From contig OX597816.1 of the NCBI GenBank assembly GCA_951406725.2, positions 4,154,001 to 4,218,000 on the forward strand: a stretch of 64,000 bases of DNA, written 5' to 3'. The stretch comes from Octopus vulgaris. Taxonomy: Eukaryota. The notes under the pieces were generated by a model. That model was not told the DNA's origin, ran no database searches, and worked only from the letters and a program-made list of their open reading frames with translations. Numbering within the stretch: position 1 is the first letter of the stretch; every line of letters begins with the position of its first letter. The position numbers were made by a program, and so were the translations under genes. Positions 63,109 to 64,000 of the stretch are shown here, piece by piece.

Positions 63109-64000
63109 TCGTTGAAGAAAATAAAAGGAAACCTTATTACATTGCAGTAAAAAAGAAAAAACGAATCCTGGATCAATAAAACAACAATAATCTTAACTAA
63201 TACATAAATAAATTACTTCCACACGACCAGCTCCGTACCAGCGCCGTTATCTATCATCCATCCTAATATTGATTATAAAATGTTCTCCCAAAGTCAAGGT
63301 CTTATTTATAAATAGAATATCGATGACTTTTCCTGTTCTTGCTTCGTACAGCGTCTATTTTAAGAAATCATTGCTTTGAACAAAATTTTAAATAGCTTCT
63401 AACGATCACCATAGTTATTCATATTTCATATATGTTATATTATACATTCTTACTGTCGATATCAACATCGTTGGTACAGCATGAAGTCAGTCGCTGTAAT
63501 AATATAAGATACACTGAGAGAAATAAATTTTATTGCTTCTCGTCAACGTAAACTATAACTTTAATTCCGTTCTAAGTTATAGCGAATGTTATTATAGTTT
63601 ATGTAAGATAGATAGCACGAGTGGGAGAACAAGACAAGACAAGGGAAAGAGAAACAAAGTATCATTCAATAGATTTGCTGGGAGCTACGTACATGTTTTA
63701 ATAACAGTCTGATTCAACTCCGCATGAATGAAGGGTTTGTGGGCGCGCAGAACAGGTGCACGAATCGTGAACTCATAGAGAGCTGTGTCAAAATGTTTCA
63801 ACGCATACACACACACATACATACATACATACATGCACACATACATACAAGTATGTATGTATGTATGTATGTATGTATGTATGTATGTATTATGTTATTT
63901 AGTTTTAATTCATGATTTCTTGCCAATAGCGAAAGTGCCGGTTTCTAACCTAGATCCAAGGTTCCTTGGTTGGAATTTCAACATCAGTAACAGGGTATTT

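Overview
This is AT-rich, microsatellite-saturated animal genomic DNA. The SINE repertoire and repeat density suggest an octopus (coleoid cephalopod); this is an inference, not verified. Nearly all entries in the ORF track are translations of simple repeats. The only host-gene piece I can support is one minus-strand exon (5044-5201) of a globin X-like (GbXL-type) globin, ending at the canonical B12.2 intron. The rest is transposon-derived: four tRNA-derived SINE families with swappable heads and tails, RTE, CR1 and R4/Dong LINE remnants, Penelope-like (PLE) ORF remnants, Tc1/mariner relics and MITEs, Helitrons and a Helentron-associated element. The most notable hidden signal is about a dozen type-I hammerhead-ribozyme motifs of the PLE kind, from complete to degenerate. 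Many sit in short non-coding elements made of two outward-pointing inverted arms, and one of these carries a tRNA-derived Pol III head, making it a candidate ribozyme-bearing, PLE-mobilised SINE. One SINE subfamily also appears to insert at GGTA sites inside its own family. All coordinates were read by eye and may be off by a few bases.
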